Shown here one piece after another: positions 38,353 through 46,890 of a DNA stretch of 64,000 nucleotides; positions within the stretch are counted from its first letter, which is position 1; each line of letters opens with the position of its first letter. The DNA comes from a virus. A program made the position numbers and the translations under genes. Below the pieces are notes generated by a model that ran no database searches, was not told the DNA's origin, and saw only the letters and a list, made by a program, of their open reading frames with translations. Location: the IMG/VR virus record IMGVR_UViG_3300046007_007030; one strand, given 5' to 3'.

Positions 38353-38780
38353 ATCAGTGCTGCCTCATTGATCAGACCAGGGAATGCCTCCTGTACTAAC
38401 TTCTCAGAGATGCCTTTGAACGGGAGCTTCTTATCCTTGACAGAGGCCATGAGCTGAGCTTCTTTAGGAGACAGCGTCTCGAGTAGTTGAATGAACAGGA
38501 ACTCGCGACGAATCTGCTTTAGATTAGGGTTGCCGCCTTCCACGAATAGGTAGAGTCGACGGGCCTCGTTGTAGAGGTTGCCCTCTTGATCGAGGTACTT
38601 GGTAGGATTGTACGGGACTTCTCCCTCCGGTAGGAGCCACTTGATTCTCTGATCATAGGTCCACTGGAGGATCTTCAGCATCACCATGTTGCTCACGTTC
38701 TCGCGAAGCTTGGCGATCTTATCTTCTTTCTTTTTCAAAGCAGAGATCTCTTCTAGAATCTCCGCTACGCTCTTACGCAT
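38349..38780 (-). CDS. Conserved T4-like hypothetical protein
   Basis: LPEGEVPY...RREFLFIQLLETL...KDKKL; follows rnh. Confidence 0.75.
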   Translation of the reverse strand: MRKSVAEILEEISALKKKEDKIAKLRENVSNMVMLKILQWTYDQRIKWLLPEGEVPYNPTKYLDQEGNLYNEARRLYLFVEGGNPNLKQIRREFLFIQLLETLSPKEAQLMASVKDKKLPFKGISEKLVQEAFPGLINEAALI

Positions 38781-38790
38781 GATTATCTCC

Positions 38791-39648
38791 TTAGAAGTCG
38801 CCTATGACTTCCATCAAATTCTTTAGCTTGTTTTGGATGAAGTAGTTGAACAGTCTGTCGCGGGTCTTACCGGACTGAGCCTTGTACTCGTCGAGGATGC
38901 GAGTCTTGACATCTTCTGGAATAAACTCAAAGTCTACCAACTGCTGGTTTCGCTTGTAGTTACGAAGCATCATGTCGTCACAGAACTCGCTCGGATCCTT
39001 GCCTAACCAGGCGTCGATCTTCTTCTGCGTGAGGGGCTTCTGTCTCTTGTCCGATACGAAGGTATCGTCGTCCGAGAGGAAGTTCGGGATGCCGTCTCCG
39101 GTGTCCCCCCTCATGATGTGCTCCTGTACGTATTTATACGGATCGTCAGTCTTGATCCATTTTTTTCTCACCGGGTCGAACTGCTCAACATTGCCATACT
39201 TCTGGAGTTGGTTGAAGTCCTTGTCACCCGATAGGATGAGGATCCGCTCGCTGGATACAGTGGCTCCCTTGAGAGAGCACAGTGTGGCGATCACGTCGTC
39301 GGCCTCCACCGAGTCCACTTGAATCGTGGGATACGGGAACACTTCTCTGAGCTCGGCCCTGATCTTATTCAAGGCTTCGAAGATCTTGGTCCAGTCCAGC
39401 TCCGACTTCTCTCGGGCCTTCTTACGATTGGCCTTGTAGTAGGGATAGACCTTCCGACGCCAGTAGTTCTTGTCGTCACACGCGATGACCAGCTCTCCGT
39501 ACTCGCCGGAGAACTTCTGCTTGTACAGGCGAATGGAGTTGAGGATCATGTGACGCAGCAGATCTTCTTCTACCTGATGGTTAGTGTGGTTGCCCAACTG
39601 AACCATCAGGTTAGAGATCATGACCTGATTGAGATCAAGGATTATCAT
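38791..39648 (-). CDS. rnh: T4-type RNase H (5'-3' exonuclease)
   Basis: YWRR..YPYYKANRK, EADDVI, ILSGDKDFNQLQ and GDTGDGIPN motifs. Confidence 0.95.
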   Translation of the reverse strand: MIILDLNQVMISNLMVQLGNHTNHQVEEDLLRHMILNSIRLYKQKFSGEYGELVIACDDKNYWRRKVYPYYKANRKKAREKSELDWTKIFEALNKIRAELREVFPYPTIQVDSVEADDVIATLCSLKGATVSSERILILSGDKDFNQLQKYGNVEQFDPVRKKWIKTDDPYKYVQEHIMRGDTGDGIPNFLSDDDTFVSDKRQKPLTQKKIDAWLGKDPSEFCDDMMLRNYKRNQQLVDFEFIPEDVKTRILDEYKAQSGKTRDRLFNYFIQNKLKNLMEVIGDF

Positions 39649-40609
39649 GAGGAGCGATTCGCTTCTTGATGAGGATTGACTTGAGTAGGGCTTCCCAGGC
39701 GAACTTCTTGATGTCGACGTTGTAGAACCTGTCGGCGAACATCTTCTGGCCTTGCAGAGTATTCTCGAGGACCTCGTTCATCTCTCGCACAGACTTGACT
39801 GCGCCGTCGAGCATCTGATAGAAGTTATTGAGGTGGTCCTGCTTGTTGTCCTGCCACTGATACATCCATGTGTACTGCGACGCGGTCTCGTAGAGGGCGC
39901 CGTAGTTGGGGTGCACGCAGAGACACTCGGCGCTCATGGCCTCCATCAGGGCCATACAGGACGTCTCCATCCAGATGTTCGGATATGCGAAGATGTGAGC
40001 CTTAGACAGAGCCTCGCGGACTTCCTCGTTGGGGCGAGCCCCGTGGTAAGTCATCTTCGGGTGCTGCTTGATCATGTCGAAGAGAGGCTCGTACGGCTTG
40101 TCTCGCTCTGACCACCCGTAGATGGAGAATGAGGAGTAGACGTCTAGATGAACGTCCTCGTGGTTCTTGGCCAGCTCGGTGAAGGCGGGAACGAGGAGCT
40201 CGAGGCCACGGTGCGGAGTCGTGTGGTAGATCACGTTGACCCGATCCTTCGGCTTCTTGTCGAGGGCGGAAGGCACCGACTCGATGGCGTTGGTCAGGAC
40301 GCAGCACTTGTACCACGGGATGCCGTAGTAAGCGATGTAGTTCTGCATCTGCCAGTTGGAGACGAAGACGAGTCGCTCGAACTTGTTGTAGCCGCCATTC
40401 TTCAGATGATCGGAGGCGGGGTCGCCGGGCAAGTCCTGCAGCTGGAGCATCTGGATCTTGCTCTCGTCGACCTCGCCTACGCGAGACACGTGGATCTGGA
40501 AGTGCTTGAGCATCTCGGGATCGATGCGCTTCTCTAGCCGCTCGGCCATGAGCTCGCTGCCGCCTCTCGACTTCTTGGTCATATCGATGTTGTTGTAGGC
40601 GAAACCCAT
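39635..40609 (-). CDS. Glycosyltransferase (GT-B fold, GT4/group 1-like)
   Basis: GGSE, VFVSNWQ, YHTTPHRGL and YPNIWMETSCMALMEAM (EX7E) motifs. Confidence 0.85.
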   Translation of the reverse strand: MGFAYNNIDMTKKSRGGSELMAERLEKRIDPEMLKHFQIHVSRVGEVDESKIQMLQLQDLPGDPASDHLKNGGYNKFERLVFVSNWQMQNYIAYYGIPWYKCCVLTNAIESVPSALDKKPKDRVNVIYHTTPHRGLELLVPAFTELAKNHEDVHLDVYSSFSIYGWSERDKPYEPLFDMIKQHPKMTYHGARPNEEVREALSKAHIFAYPNIWMETSCMALMEAMSAECLCVHPNYGALYETASQYTWMYQWQDNKQDHLNNFYQMLDGAVKSVREMNEVLENTLQGQKMFADRFYNVDIKKFAWEALLKSILIKKRIAPHDNP

Positions 40610-40896
40610 TATACAGACTCCCTGATGGTGATGGACTCGATCGAGTCGATGCGGAAAGAGCGCCAGCCCTTGGCCTCGAGGTCGTAGACGGAGATCACCT
40701 CGAGGTTCTCCTTGCGCTCGGGCTTGGTGAGGTCGATGACAGGCTTCTCCGGAGGAGGGAGCTTATCACCGCGCAAGGTGCACTTCATCGTGCGACGAGA
40801 GCCGTCGCGCTTGGTGAAGTCTACTTCGAGGATCATGGAGTGCAGCTGCTCTACGATGTAGTCGCGATCAGCCAGAGAGAACGTTCCTGAGGTCAT
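40609..40896 (-). CDS. WYL_2/Sm-like SH3 domain protein
   Basis: VDFTKRDGSRRTMKCTL...VYDLEAKGWRSFR. Confidence 0.8.
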   Translation of the reverse strand: MTSGTFSLADRDYIVEQLHSMILEVDFTKRDGSRRTMKCTLRGDKLPPPEKPVIDLTKPERKENLEVISVYDLEAKGWRSFRIDSIESITIRESV

Positions 40897-41116
40897 TGTG
40901 AGTCATCCATTCTGTAAGGTCTGTGTAGCCACCGACGTGATGGCCGTTGATTATGATTTGAGGGACTGTCTTGCAGTTAGGAAACTTCTGTAAGAACTCT
41001 TCCCTCGATATGTCTGATCCTACCACGTGTTCATTAAATTGTACACTGTTTGCTCTAAATACAGCCTTCGCAGCGTCGCAGTAGGGGCAGTTCGGTTTAC
41101 TGTAGATCTCTATCAT
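40868..41116 (-). CDS. nrdC: Glutaredoxin
   Basis: CPYC active site, TVPQI and VGGYTDL motifs. Confidence 0.92.
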   Translation of the reverse strand: MIEIYSKPNCPYCDAAKAVFRANSVQFNEHVVGSDISREEFLQKFPNCKTVPQIIINGHHVGGYTDLTEWMTHNDLRNVLSG

Positions 41117-41140
41117 CGTGCCTCGCTGTTTGTTCACAGT

Positions 41141-41371
41141 CTATATATCGTGCACGACGATGTCCACGACTCTATCGATGTCCAGTAGGCGAACTGGATA
41201 CGAGGAGCCTCCAGTCATTCTAAAAGTGCCGGCCGGATCTCGCTTACCAGACTCGCATAAGCGACCCGTGTACTCGTTGAACTCCGGTATGTGCACGTAG
41301 CTGGCGTAGACCTGCTTGTATGGCCACATCGGGTTCTTGACTGTGACCGTGATGGTATCACCTACCTGCAT
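41141..41371 (-). CDS. Hypothetical protein
   Basis: 76-aa ORF with a GGAG RBS. Confidence 0.6.
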   Translation of the reverse strand: MQVGDTITVTVKNPMWPYKQVYASYVHIPEFNEYTGRLCESGKRDPAGTFRMTGGSSYPVRLLDIDRVVDIVVHDI

Positions 41372-41825
41372 CTAGTTTCTCCTCCAACATGTCTGCTATG
41401 AGTTCAGTCAGCTCTACCTCTCGACGAAATGCTTCTTTCTCCCAGGGTTGAGCGCTATACTTCTCGTAGTTCTTAGTCTCCATCACCACCGGCTTGTCTT
41501 CCCAGAGCATGGTCTTCGTAGTGATCTTCAGACGACCGTGCTTGAACTGCTCGGCGTGCACCAGCTCGTGCATTAGAGCTCGCATCACGGAAACCAGAGT
41601 ACTACACTTACGCGTGTCGATGACTACCTTCAAGTTATTATGACTGTAGTAGGCATTGGGCTTACGTGTTGGCTTGAGCTCGATGAGCAAGGAGCTCGGC
41701 AGGTCTAGCAGCGTCCTAGCCAGCGGCATGACTCTCTTGACTAGCATCGCCACTTTCTCGGAGTGATTTGTATACTTCTTGTCGTACCCGTACTTGAAAG
41801 ACGAAGAGATCTTAACGAAATCCAT
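41358..41825 (-). CDS. HEXXH zinc metallopeptidase-like protein
   Basis: LMHELVHAEQF...QPWEKEA. Confidence 0.7.
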   Translation of the reverse strand: MDFVKISSSFKYGYDKKYTNHSEKVAMLVKRVMPLARTLLDLPSSLLIELKPTRKPNAYYSHNNLKVVIDTRKCSTLVSVMRALMHELVHAEQFKHGRLKITTKTMLWEDKPVVMETKNYEKYSAQPWEKEAFRREVELTELIADMLEEKLDAGR

Positions 41826-41853
41826 AGTACATCCTATTGTTTGGCTTAACAGC

Positions 41854-41881
41854 ATTATACACTAATGCACAGACGTGTACA
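41854..41881 (-). promoter_or_regulatory. Early sigma70-like promoter (TGTACA-16-TATAAT)
   Basis: Same architecture as the other early promoters in the window. Confidence 0.6.
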
Positions 41882-41897
41882 GGAGAATATTAGAGGC

Positions 41898-42161
41898 TCA
41901 GGTGTAGAGGTGCCTGGCGTGATCCTGCTGCCACCTAGAATTCGGAACAGCGAGACCATCACCTGCCAGGATGACGTTCCACATGGTCAACATGAGCTTC
42001 TCCGAGGACGGCGATCGCTCGATGTCGAGCAACAGGTTGTTGTACCTGTAAATGCTGTTCTCCTTCTTGGGCTTTACCAACCAAGACTTGGATACTTCCT
42101 TGGCAACAGGGAGCGGCAGCTTATCGAGATTTCGCATTGCTTCGAGGTTCATGTTCTTCAT
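41898..42161 (-). CDS. Early hypothetical protein
   Basis: MKNMNLEA start directly after the stop of the upstream ORF. Confidence 0.55.
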   Translation of the reverse strand: MKNMNLEAMRNLDKLPLPVAKEVSKSWLVKPKKENSIYRYNNLLLDIERSPSSEKLMLTMWNVILAGDGLAVPNSRWQQDHARHLYT

Positions 42162-42162
42162 C

Positions 42163-42375
42163 TCACTTCCCCATCGCGTAGGTGTGATGATCGGCCAGAG
42201 AGTTGAGATACATCTCGTCCATCTCGCGATCCAGTTGATTGACCTGCTTCTCGAGGTCGCGAGCCACGAAGCTGACTTCTTCGAGGATAGCAGAGCGAGA
42301 GTGGCCGAACGTGTCGGCGCGGCGGATGAGGCTACGCAACCGCATGGCGAGAGCTTCGATTTCATTGATGTGCAT
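42163..42375 (-). CDS. Early hypothetical protein
   Basis: Strong AAGGAGGT RBS. Confidence 0.7.
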   Translation of the reverse strand: MHINEIEALAMRLRSLIRRADTFGHSRSAILEEVSFVARDLEKQVNQLDREMDEMYLNSLADHHTYAMGK

Positions 42376-42493
42376 AGTAGACCTCCTTGAGGAAAGCGTG
42401 AACGGTGAAGAAAGTGATGAGGAAGACGAGAGCCAGGAGCCCCGGAGGGGTAGGCGCCGCCAAGAGAAGAGAGAGGAGCAGAGTTTTCATCAT
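42362..42493 (-). CDS. Leaderless small hydrophobic membrane peptide (43 aa)
   Basis: MMKTLLLSLLLAAPTPPGLLALVFLITFFTVHAFLKEVYYAHQ*; the ATG lies 6 nt after a TAAGAT -10 box. Confidence 0.55.
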   Translation of the reverse strand: MMKTLLLSLLLAAPTPPGLLALVFLITFFTVHAFLKEVYYAHQ

Positions 42494-42499
42494 ATGAGC

Positions 42500-42528
42500 A
42501 TCTTACCCTGAGTGCCAAAAAATGTCAA
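42500..42528 (-). promoter_or_regulatory. Early promoter TTGACA-17-TAAGAT
   Basis: Near-consensus sigma70 promoter in an intergenic gap. Confidence 0.75.
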
Positions 42529-42531
42529 CCG

Positions 42532-42762
42532 CTATTCCCAGTAGAAGCCGGTGCCGTCTACCAGCTTGCGGTCGACCTCTGAGTTCCAGATCCGGACCGC
42601 GTCCTCGCGAGGGAGCTGCTCGGCAGCTTCCTTGATCTTCATGTAGGACGCGTGACCGAGACGCCGAACACCGGCGTCGTCTGAGTAGTTGTAGGTGAGG
42701 TCGTGACGAGCGACCATGGTCTTGAATTCATCGAGAGTCATCTGTGTATCTCCGTTGTTCAT
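42532..42762 (-). CDS. Early hypothetical protein
   Basis: HDLTYNYSDD motif; SD-led ATG at 42741 and an in-frame ATG at 42762. Confidence 0.7.
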   Translation of the reverse strand: MNNGDTQMTLDEFKTMVARHDLTYNYSDDAGVRRLGHASYMKIKEAAEQLPREDAVRIWNSEVDRKLVDGTGFYWE

Positions 42763-42767
42763 AGTTA

Positions 42768-42796
42768 CTTATAGGCTATCTGGTGACCAGAGTCAA
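42768..42796 (-). promoter_or_regulatory. Early promoter TTGACT-17-TATAAG
   Basis: Intergenic, correct spacing. Confidence 0.65.
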
Positions 42797-42799
42797 CCG

Positions 42800-42889
42800 T
42801 TATTTGTATCTGGAAAGTGCTAGCCTATGTTCTTTCGAACCATAGCCATATTGTTTTGCGTAGAACCAGACGATGTGCCATCCAAACAT
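42800..42889 (-). CDS. 29-aa early peptide
   Basis: AAGGAG RBS followed by MFGWHIVWFYAKQYGYGSKEHRLALSRYK*. Confidence 0.6.
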   Translation of the reverse strand: MFGWHIVWFYAKQYGYGSKEHRLALSRYK

Positions 42890-42899
42890 CGGTTTCTCC

Positions 42900-43055
42900 T
42901 TAGAAAGGGCAGCTAGCAGATTGCATCAGAATACGCTTGACTTGATTGACGGTAATGCCTGCCATCCGGGCAAGCTGAGCGACTGTCATGTTGGGGTTCA
43001 TATCATACATCTCACGAATTTCAGAAGGGCACATCTGTCTATCTCCGTTGTTCAT
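42900..43055 (-). CDS. Small HTH-like early protein
   Basis: NPNMTVAQLARMAGITVNQVKRIL; SD-led ATG at 43034. Confidence 0.6.
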   Translation of the reverse strand: MNNGDRQMCPSEIREMYDMNPNMTVAQLARMAGITVNQVKRILMQSASCPF

Positions 43056-43061
43056 AATTAG

Positions 43062-43090
43062 ATAATAACCTATTTTGAAGCTTATGTCAA
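43062..43090 (-). promoter_or_regulatory. Early promoter TTGACA-17-TATTAT
   Basis: Near-consensus sigma70 promoter. Confidence 0.75.
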
Positions 43091-43305
43091 CCAACCACGT
43101 TGAAGTGGAAGTGGATGCCTTCCTGTACCGCTTCCTGACCGACGAACACCGGGAAGAAGCGACCTTCATCGTTCTGCATGATGAAGTGGCGGAGGCGCTC
43201 GGCACCGATCTTGGCCACTGCCTTACGGGCATTTTCCCTGCTGGCGTAGGTCTTGGGAGCGGTGATGGTGAATTCCCGGTTCATGTTGTTCCTTTCCTTG
43301 ATCAT
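43087..43305 (-). CDS. Early hypothetical protein
   Basis: AAGGA RBS before ATG 43284; in-frame ATG at 43305. Confidence 0.7.
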   Translation of the reverse strand: MIKERNNMNREFTITAPKTYASRENARKAVAKIGAERLRHFIMQNDEGRFFPVFVGQEAVQEGIHFHFNVVG

Positions 43306-43310
43306 GATTC

Positions 43311-43590
43311 TTTATACCCAGGGTGCCCATAAATGTACATGCCCAGGGTGAAAAAAGTGCGCATGATACGAACTTTTTTTAGTCTAACAATATCAATGGC
43401 TTGCAGAGAACTCAAAACCGGCAGGCAAGCCGCTGAAAAGATTAGACTTTTTGAGCCCTTCCAGAGCTCTCCGGAGCGCACAGGAGCCCCGTGGCCGGCA
43501 GGCCATATTACCCTATCCCAGACTGGCCGGAGGGGCTCCAGGGCTTCTCTAAATTTAACCGTGTACATTTTTCATACGACTAGATAAGAT
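43311..43590. promoter_or_regulatory. Divergent early promoter region (TGTACA-17-TATAAA on -, TGTACA-17-TAAGAT on +) with an IHF-like site
   Basis: Promoters at 43311-43339 and 43562-43590; WATCAANNNNTTR match at 43391-43403. Confidence 0.65.
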
Positions 43591-43617
43591 CTAGTCAAAT
43601 CTTAAGGATTCCAAGTA

Positions 43618-44763
43618 ATGCCCAAGAAGTTAATCAGGAAAGCTCCTCCAAAGAAGATCAAGAAGACGAGATCTGAAGTCTACCTAGTAAATCAGAAGTA
43701 TCTCGGAGATGAGCCCGTGTATAAGCCTGGGCAGATCTTGTCTGATGCTGAGAGGATCCGTGCCTACACGTGGTACGGGTCCATGGCCGAGCTATCGGAG
43801 GCACGAGAGTGGCTCACTGACTTCCTGAAAAAAGACGGCCGGTTGGAAGACGCCAAGAGGCTGAAGACCGTGCCTGACAACCTATTCCCCTTGACCTGTG
43901 CCTGGATCGCCCGCATGTCCTCGCGTGGTGTCCAGTTCACTTCTCACACATATGACTTCCTCGATGACAAGCTTCGTGAAGCTTTCAGCAAGCGGTCTAC
44001 TGACGAAGATAAGAAGGAAGAGAAGCCGGCCTCTGAGAAGCCTAACATTCAGGAGAGGATCCGTGATCGAGTGGCCGACCTGATAGGTGACCTCGAGGAA
44101 GTGATGGACAAGCACTATCTCGGAGAGATCACCGAGTTCGACGCCTACGAGTTCTGTCAGAAGGCAGAGATACCCGCTCAACACACCACTAAGATGGCAG
44201 CCTACTACGCGGGCATGTACGAGGAGCTGGAGCTCGCCGTCGAGGGATCTGATCCTCAGGTGAACGAGGCCTACTCACGTTTCTCTAAGAAGTGGCTCAG
44301 GTCTCGTATTGCCTTCCTCGAGAAGATGATGTCAGACCTGCTTCGCTACGGACAGAACGCCAAGAAGCTCCGCACTCCTCGTAAGAAGAAGCCGCAGAGC
44401 GTGGAGAAGAAACTGAAGAACTTCCGCTATAAGAAGGAAGACCAAGAGACCAAGCTCGCCTCGGTGTCGCCAGAGCAGATCGTCGGCGCGGCCGAGCTCT
44501 GGACATACAACGTCAAGTACAAGACGCTCACGGTGTTCCGAGCCATCGATCGCGGCGGCTTAGACATCAAGAGGTCTAGCATAGTCAACTTCGACGAGAA
44601 GACGACCATGACTCGTCGCACAGGCAGGCAAGGCGAAAAGATCGTCCAGTCCGTCTTGAGTGGTGGTAAGATCATCCTGCGCAAGGTCATGGACGACCTG
44701 AAGGAAGCGACTCTGCAGGATCGCATAAATGAGAACACAATACTATTGAGGGTAGTGAAGTGA
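43618..44763 (+). CDS. Conserved basic hypothetical protein
   Basis: 381-aa ORF behind its own promoter; SVSPEQIVGAAELWTYNVKYK...RINENTILLRV. Confidence 0.8.
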   Translation: MPKKLIRKAPPKKIKKTRSEVYLVNQKYLGDEPVYKPGQILSDAERIRAYTWYGSMAELSEAREWLTDFLKKDGRLEDAKRLKTVPDNLFPLTCAWIARMSSRGVQFTSHTYDFLDDKLREAFSKRSTDEDKKEEKPASEKPNIQERIRDRVADLIGDLEEVMDKHYLGEITEFDAYEFCQKAEIPAQHTTKMAAYYAGMYEELELAVEGSDPQVNEAYSRFSKKWLRSRIAFLEKMMSDLLRYGQNAKKLRTPRKKKPQSVEKKLKNFRYKKEDQETKLASVSPEQIVGAAELWTYNVKYKTLTVFRAIDRGGLDIKRSSIVNFDEKTTMTRRTGRQGEKIVQSVLSGGKIILRKVMDDLKEATLQDRINENTILLRVVK

Positions 44764-45002
44764 GAGTCTATAAGACTAGAAATACGATGTATCTCAGGCG
44801 TGATAAGTACAGCGCGCTTGCCGACTGGATAGCCCGTAATTATGGTTCAGAACCTGGTTATGATTGGGAGATGCCGACGATCGAGCTCTTCAAAGACACT
44901 AAGCCTAAAGATGGCACACTTCACACACTAGCTTATTACAATGAAGGCGGAAACAATTGGCCAGACAGGTTGCTGTTATGCAGAGAGGTGATCAAGCAAT
45001 GA
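44760..45002 (+). CDS. Hypothetical protein
   Basis: GTGA overlap with the upstream ORF. Confidence 0.6.
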   Translation: MRVYKTRNTMYLRRDKYSALADWIARNYGSEPGYDWEMPTIELFKDTKPKDGTLHTLAYYNEGGNNWPDRLLLCREVIKQ

Positions 45003-45145
45003 AAGAATACACAGTTCGTTACTCCATCGGTGCCTATATCTACGAGTCTGTAGTACGCACGTCGAGTTCAGATGCGGCCCTACTCTGGGCAGAGGCCATG
45101 GGAGGCTATAGGGTGACAGTAGTGTCATGGAAAGAAGTTGAATAA
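44999..45145 (+). CDS. Small hypothetical protein
   Basis: GAGGTG RBS, ATGA overlap. Confidence 0.55.
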   Translation: MKEYTVRYSIGAYIYESVVRTSSSDAALLWAEAMGGYRVTVVSWKEVE

Positions 45146-45810
45146 TGAAGTTCGGTATCATCTCAGACCTACACATGGAGTTTCAGCCGTGGTATCCGCC
45201 AGAGCTAGATCCTGAAGTGTTCTACCTGAATGCTGGTGACACGCATCCAAATAAGCTAATGCGTGACTGGCTCGAGAAAGAGATGGGTGATAGGTACTTC
45301 GCAGTGCCAGGCAACCACGACTACTACGGGAAATCGTTCGCTAACGCCGACGTAGACTTTCCTGACACTATCGAGGTAGACGGCATCAAGATCGCGGGCG
45401 CCACTCTCTGGACCGAGATCTCGCCTACTCGCTGGTGGGACTTCAAGGAGTACATGGTAGACTGTCGTCAGATCAGAGGCATGAACTATGACAAGTACGT
45501 GAAGACACACATAAATCATAAGGAGCATCTATTCAGATCCAATGCAGATGTGTGGGTAGTCCATCACCTGCCGTCATACCAGTCGGTTCATTCCAAGTAC
45601 AGGGAGTCTGGTGGCAATGACTTCTTCGCGACCGAACTCTCCTATAAGATCTTGGATATGAAGAAGCCGCCGAAGCTGATCGTGCACGGGCACACTCACG
45701 AAGCCTGCGACTACATGATCGGCGATACTCGAGTGGTCTGTCATCCTCGCGGCTATCCTAAAGAGACGCCTTACTACGACGACTACAAGCCACTAATCGT
45801 GGAAGTGTAA
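45145..45810 (+). CDS. Calcineurin-like metallophosphoesterase
   Basis: SDLH, AGD, GNHDYY, HHLP and HGHTH motifs. Confidence 0.92.
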   Translation: MKFGIISDLHMEFQPWYPPELDPEVFYLNAGDTHPNKLMRDWLEKEMGDRYFAVPGNHDYYGKSFANADVDFPDTIEVDGIKIAGATLWTEISPTRWWDFKEYMVDCRQIRGMNYDKYVKTHINHKEHLFRSNADVWVVHHLPSYQSVHSKYRESGGNDFFATELSYKILDMKKPPKLIVHGHTHEACDYMIGDTRVVCHPRGYPKETPYYDDYKPLIVEV

Positions 45811-45842
45811 ATACCATGGGATTATCACTTCTAGGAGTTACC

Positions 45843-46223
45843 ATGGACAACGTCATCACCTTCCCAAAAGAGAATAAGCGACTAGACGTAAGTAATACGC
45901 CGACGTCTGTCGACGAGGTGGCTAAGGCTATCGAGGCGATGAAGTTGGACTTCTATCACGACGTCGCAGACAACTTGATGGATCACATCATTCAGAGCAT
46001 CGGTAGCCTGAATCTAGATGGTAACAGCGAAGAGGTGCACCTCAGAGAGGTAGACATCATCCTCATTAGAGAAGTGCTGACTGCCTTCATGTGTAAATTA
46101 GGGGGCGTAGAACACCCCCTAAAGAACCTCGCTGATGCCGTAGTGCAGGACTTAAACGTCCACGACGGCGCTATAGACTATCGACTCAAGATCCCCGGCG
46201 AGCAACCCGAGAAGAAGACTTAA
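45843..46223 (+). CDS. Hypothetical protein
   Basis: AGGAG RBS before MDNVITFPK; TAAATA box at about 45808. Confidence 0.65.
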   Translation: MDNVITFPKENKRLDVSNTPTSVDEVAKAIEAMKLDFYHDVADNLMDHIIQSIGSLNLDGNSEEVHLREVDIILIREVLTAFMCKLGGVEHPLKNLADAVVQDLNVHDGAIDYRLKIPGEQPEKKT

Positions 46224-46632
46224 GGTGACTGCGGTGTACGCGGACCCAGATGTGTCCGTTGTAGTACTCGTCGCTCAATAGCACGCCTCTGGTGAACTGC
46301 TCGTAAGCCTCCCAGTAGTTGCACTCGCCCTTAGACGCACACAAGTGAAGGACCTCGCGCTTAAACGAGGTCCTTTCTTTTTTATCTACGTCAGCTATGA
46401 GCTCTAAGTTAGAACCGTAGTACGTCTTCCAGTTAGACTCGACTAGATATCGTTTCTTTTTCTTCTTGACTACCTTCGTCTTCTTACTCCAGAAGAGCTT
46501 CTTACCGACGTACTTCTTATCAGTCTCGGTATCGGTTATGAGGTAGATGAATCCGTAGTTGTCGCCTATGATTTCCGGAGTCAGCGGGACTCCCCAATAT
46601 AGCCACGGATTCTCGTACTCAGAATTCTCCAC
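46186..46632 (-). CDS. Small GIY-YIG domain protein
   Basis: YGFIYLIT...KKYVGKK...ESNWKTYYGS...YYN. Confidence 0.75.
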   Translation of the reverse strand: MENSEYENPWLYWGVPLTPEIIGDNYGFIYLITDTETDKKYVGKKLFWSKKTKVVKKKKKRYLVESNWKTYYGSNLELIADVDKKERTSFKREVLHLCASKGECNYWEAYEQFTRGVLLSDEYYNGHIWVRVHRSHLKSSSRVARRGS

Positions 46633-46879
46633 CGGTCTGATCGTCCCATTCTTCTTGAGCTTCTTCTTCGACTAAGTCCTCTTCAGGATACTTCTCCAGA
46701 TAGACCTCGTCGAATACCTCGTCGATCTCTAAACACTCATTTAGATTATCGCAGTCGTAGTTCTCGAAGATGTCGATGAGGGCGGAATAGACTTCCGCCC
46801 TGTACTGATCGTCCGACACGGTCTCCATTAGAGCCTCGATGATGTCGCCCATAATCTTTGAGCCTGTTGACCAACCCAT
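46619..46879 (-). CDS. Acidic hypothetical protein
   Basis: GGAGGA RBS; MGWSTGS start. Confidence 0.7.
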   Translation of the reverse strand: MGWSTGSKIMGDIIEALMETVSDDQYRAEVYSALIDIFENYDCDNLNECLEIDEVFDEVYLEKYPEEDLVEEEAQEEWDDQTGGEF

Positions 46880-46890
46880 TCATTCCTCCT

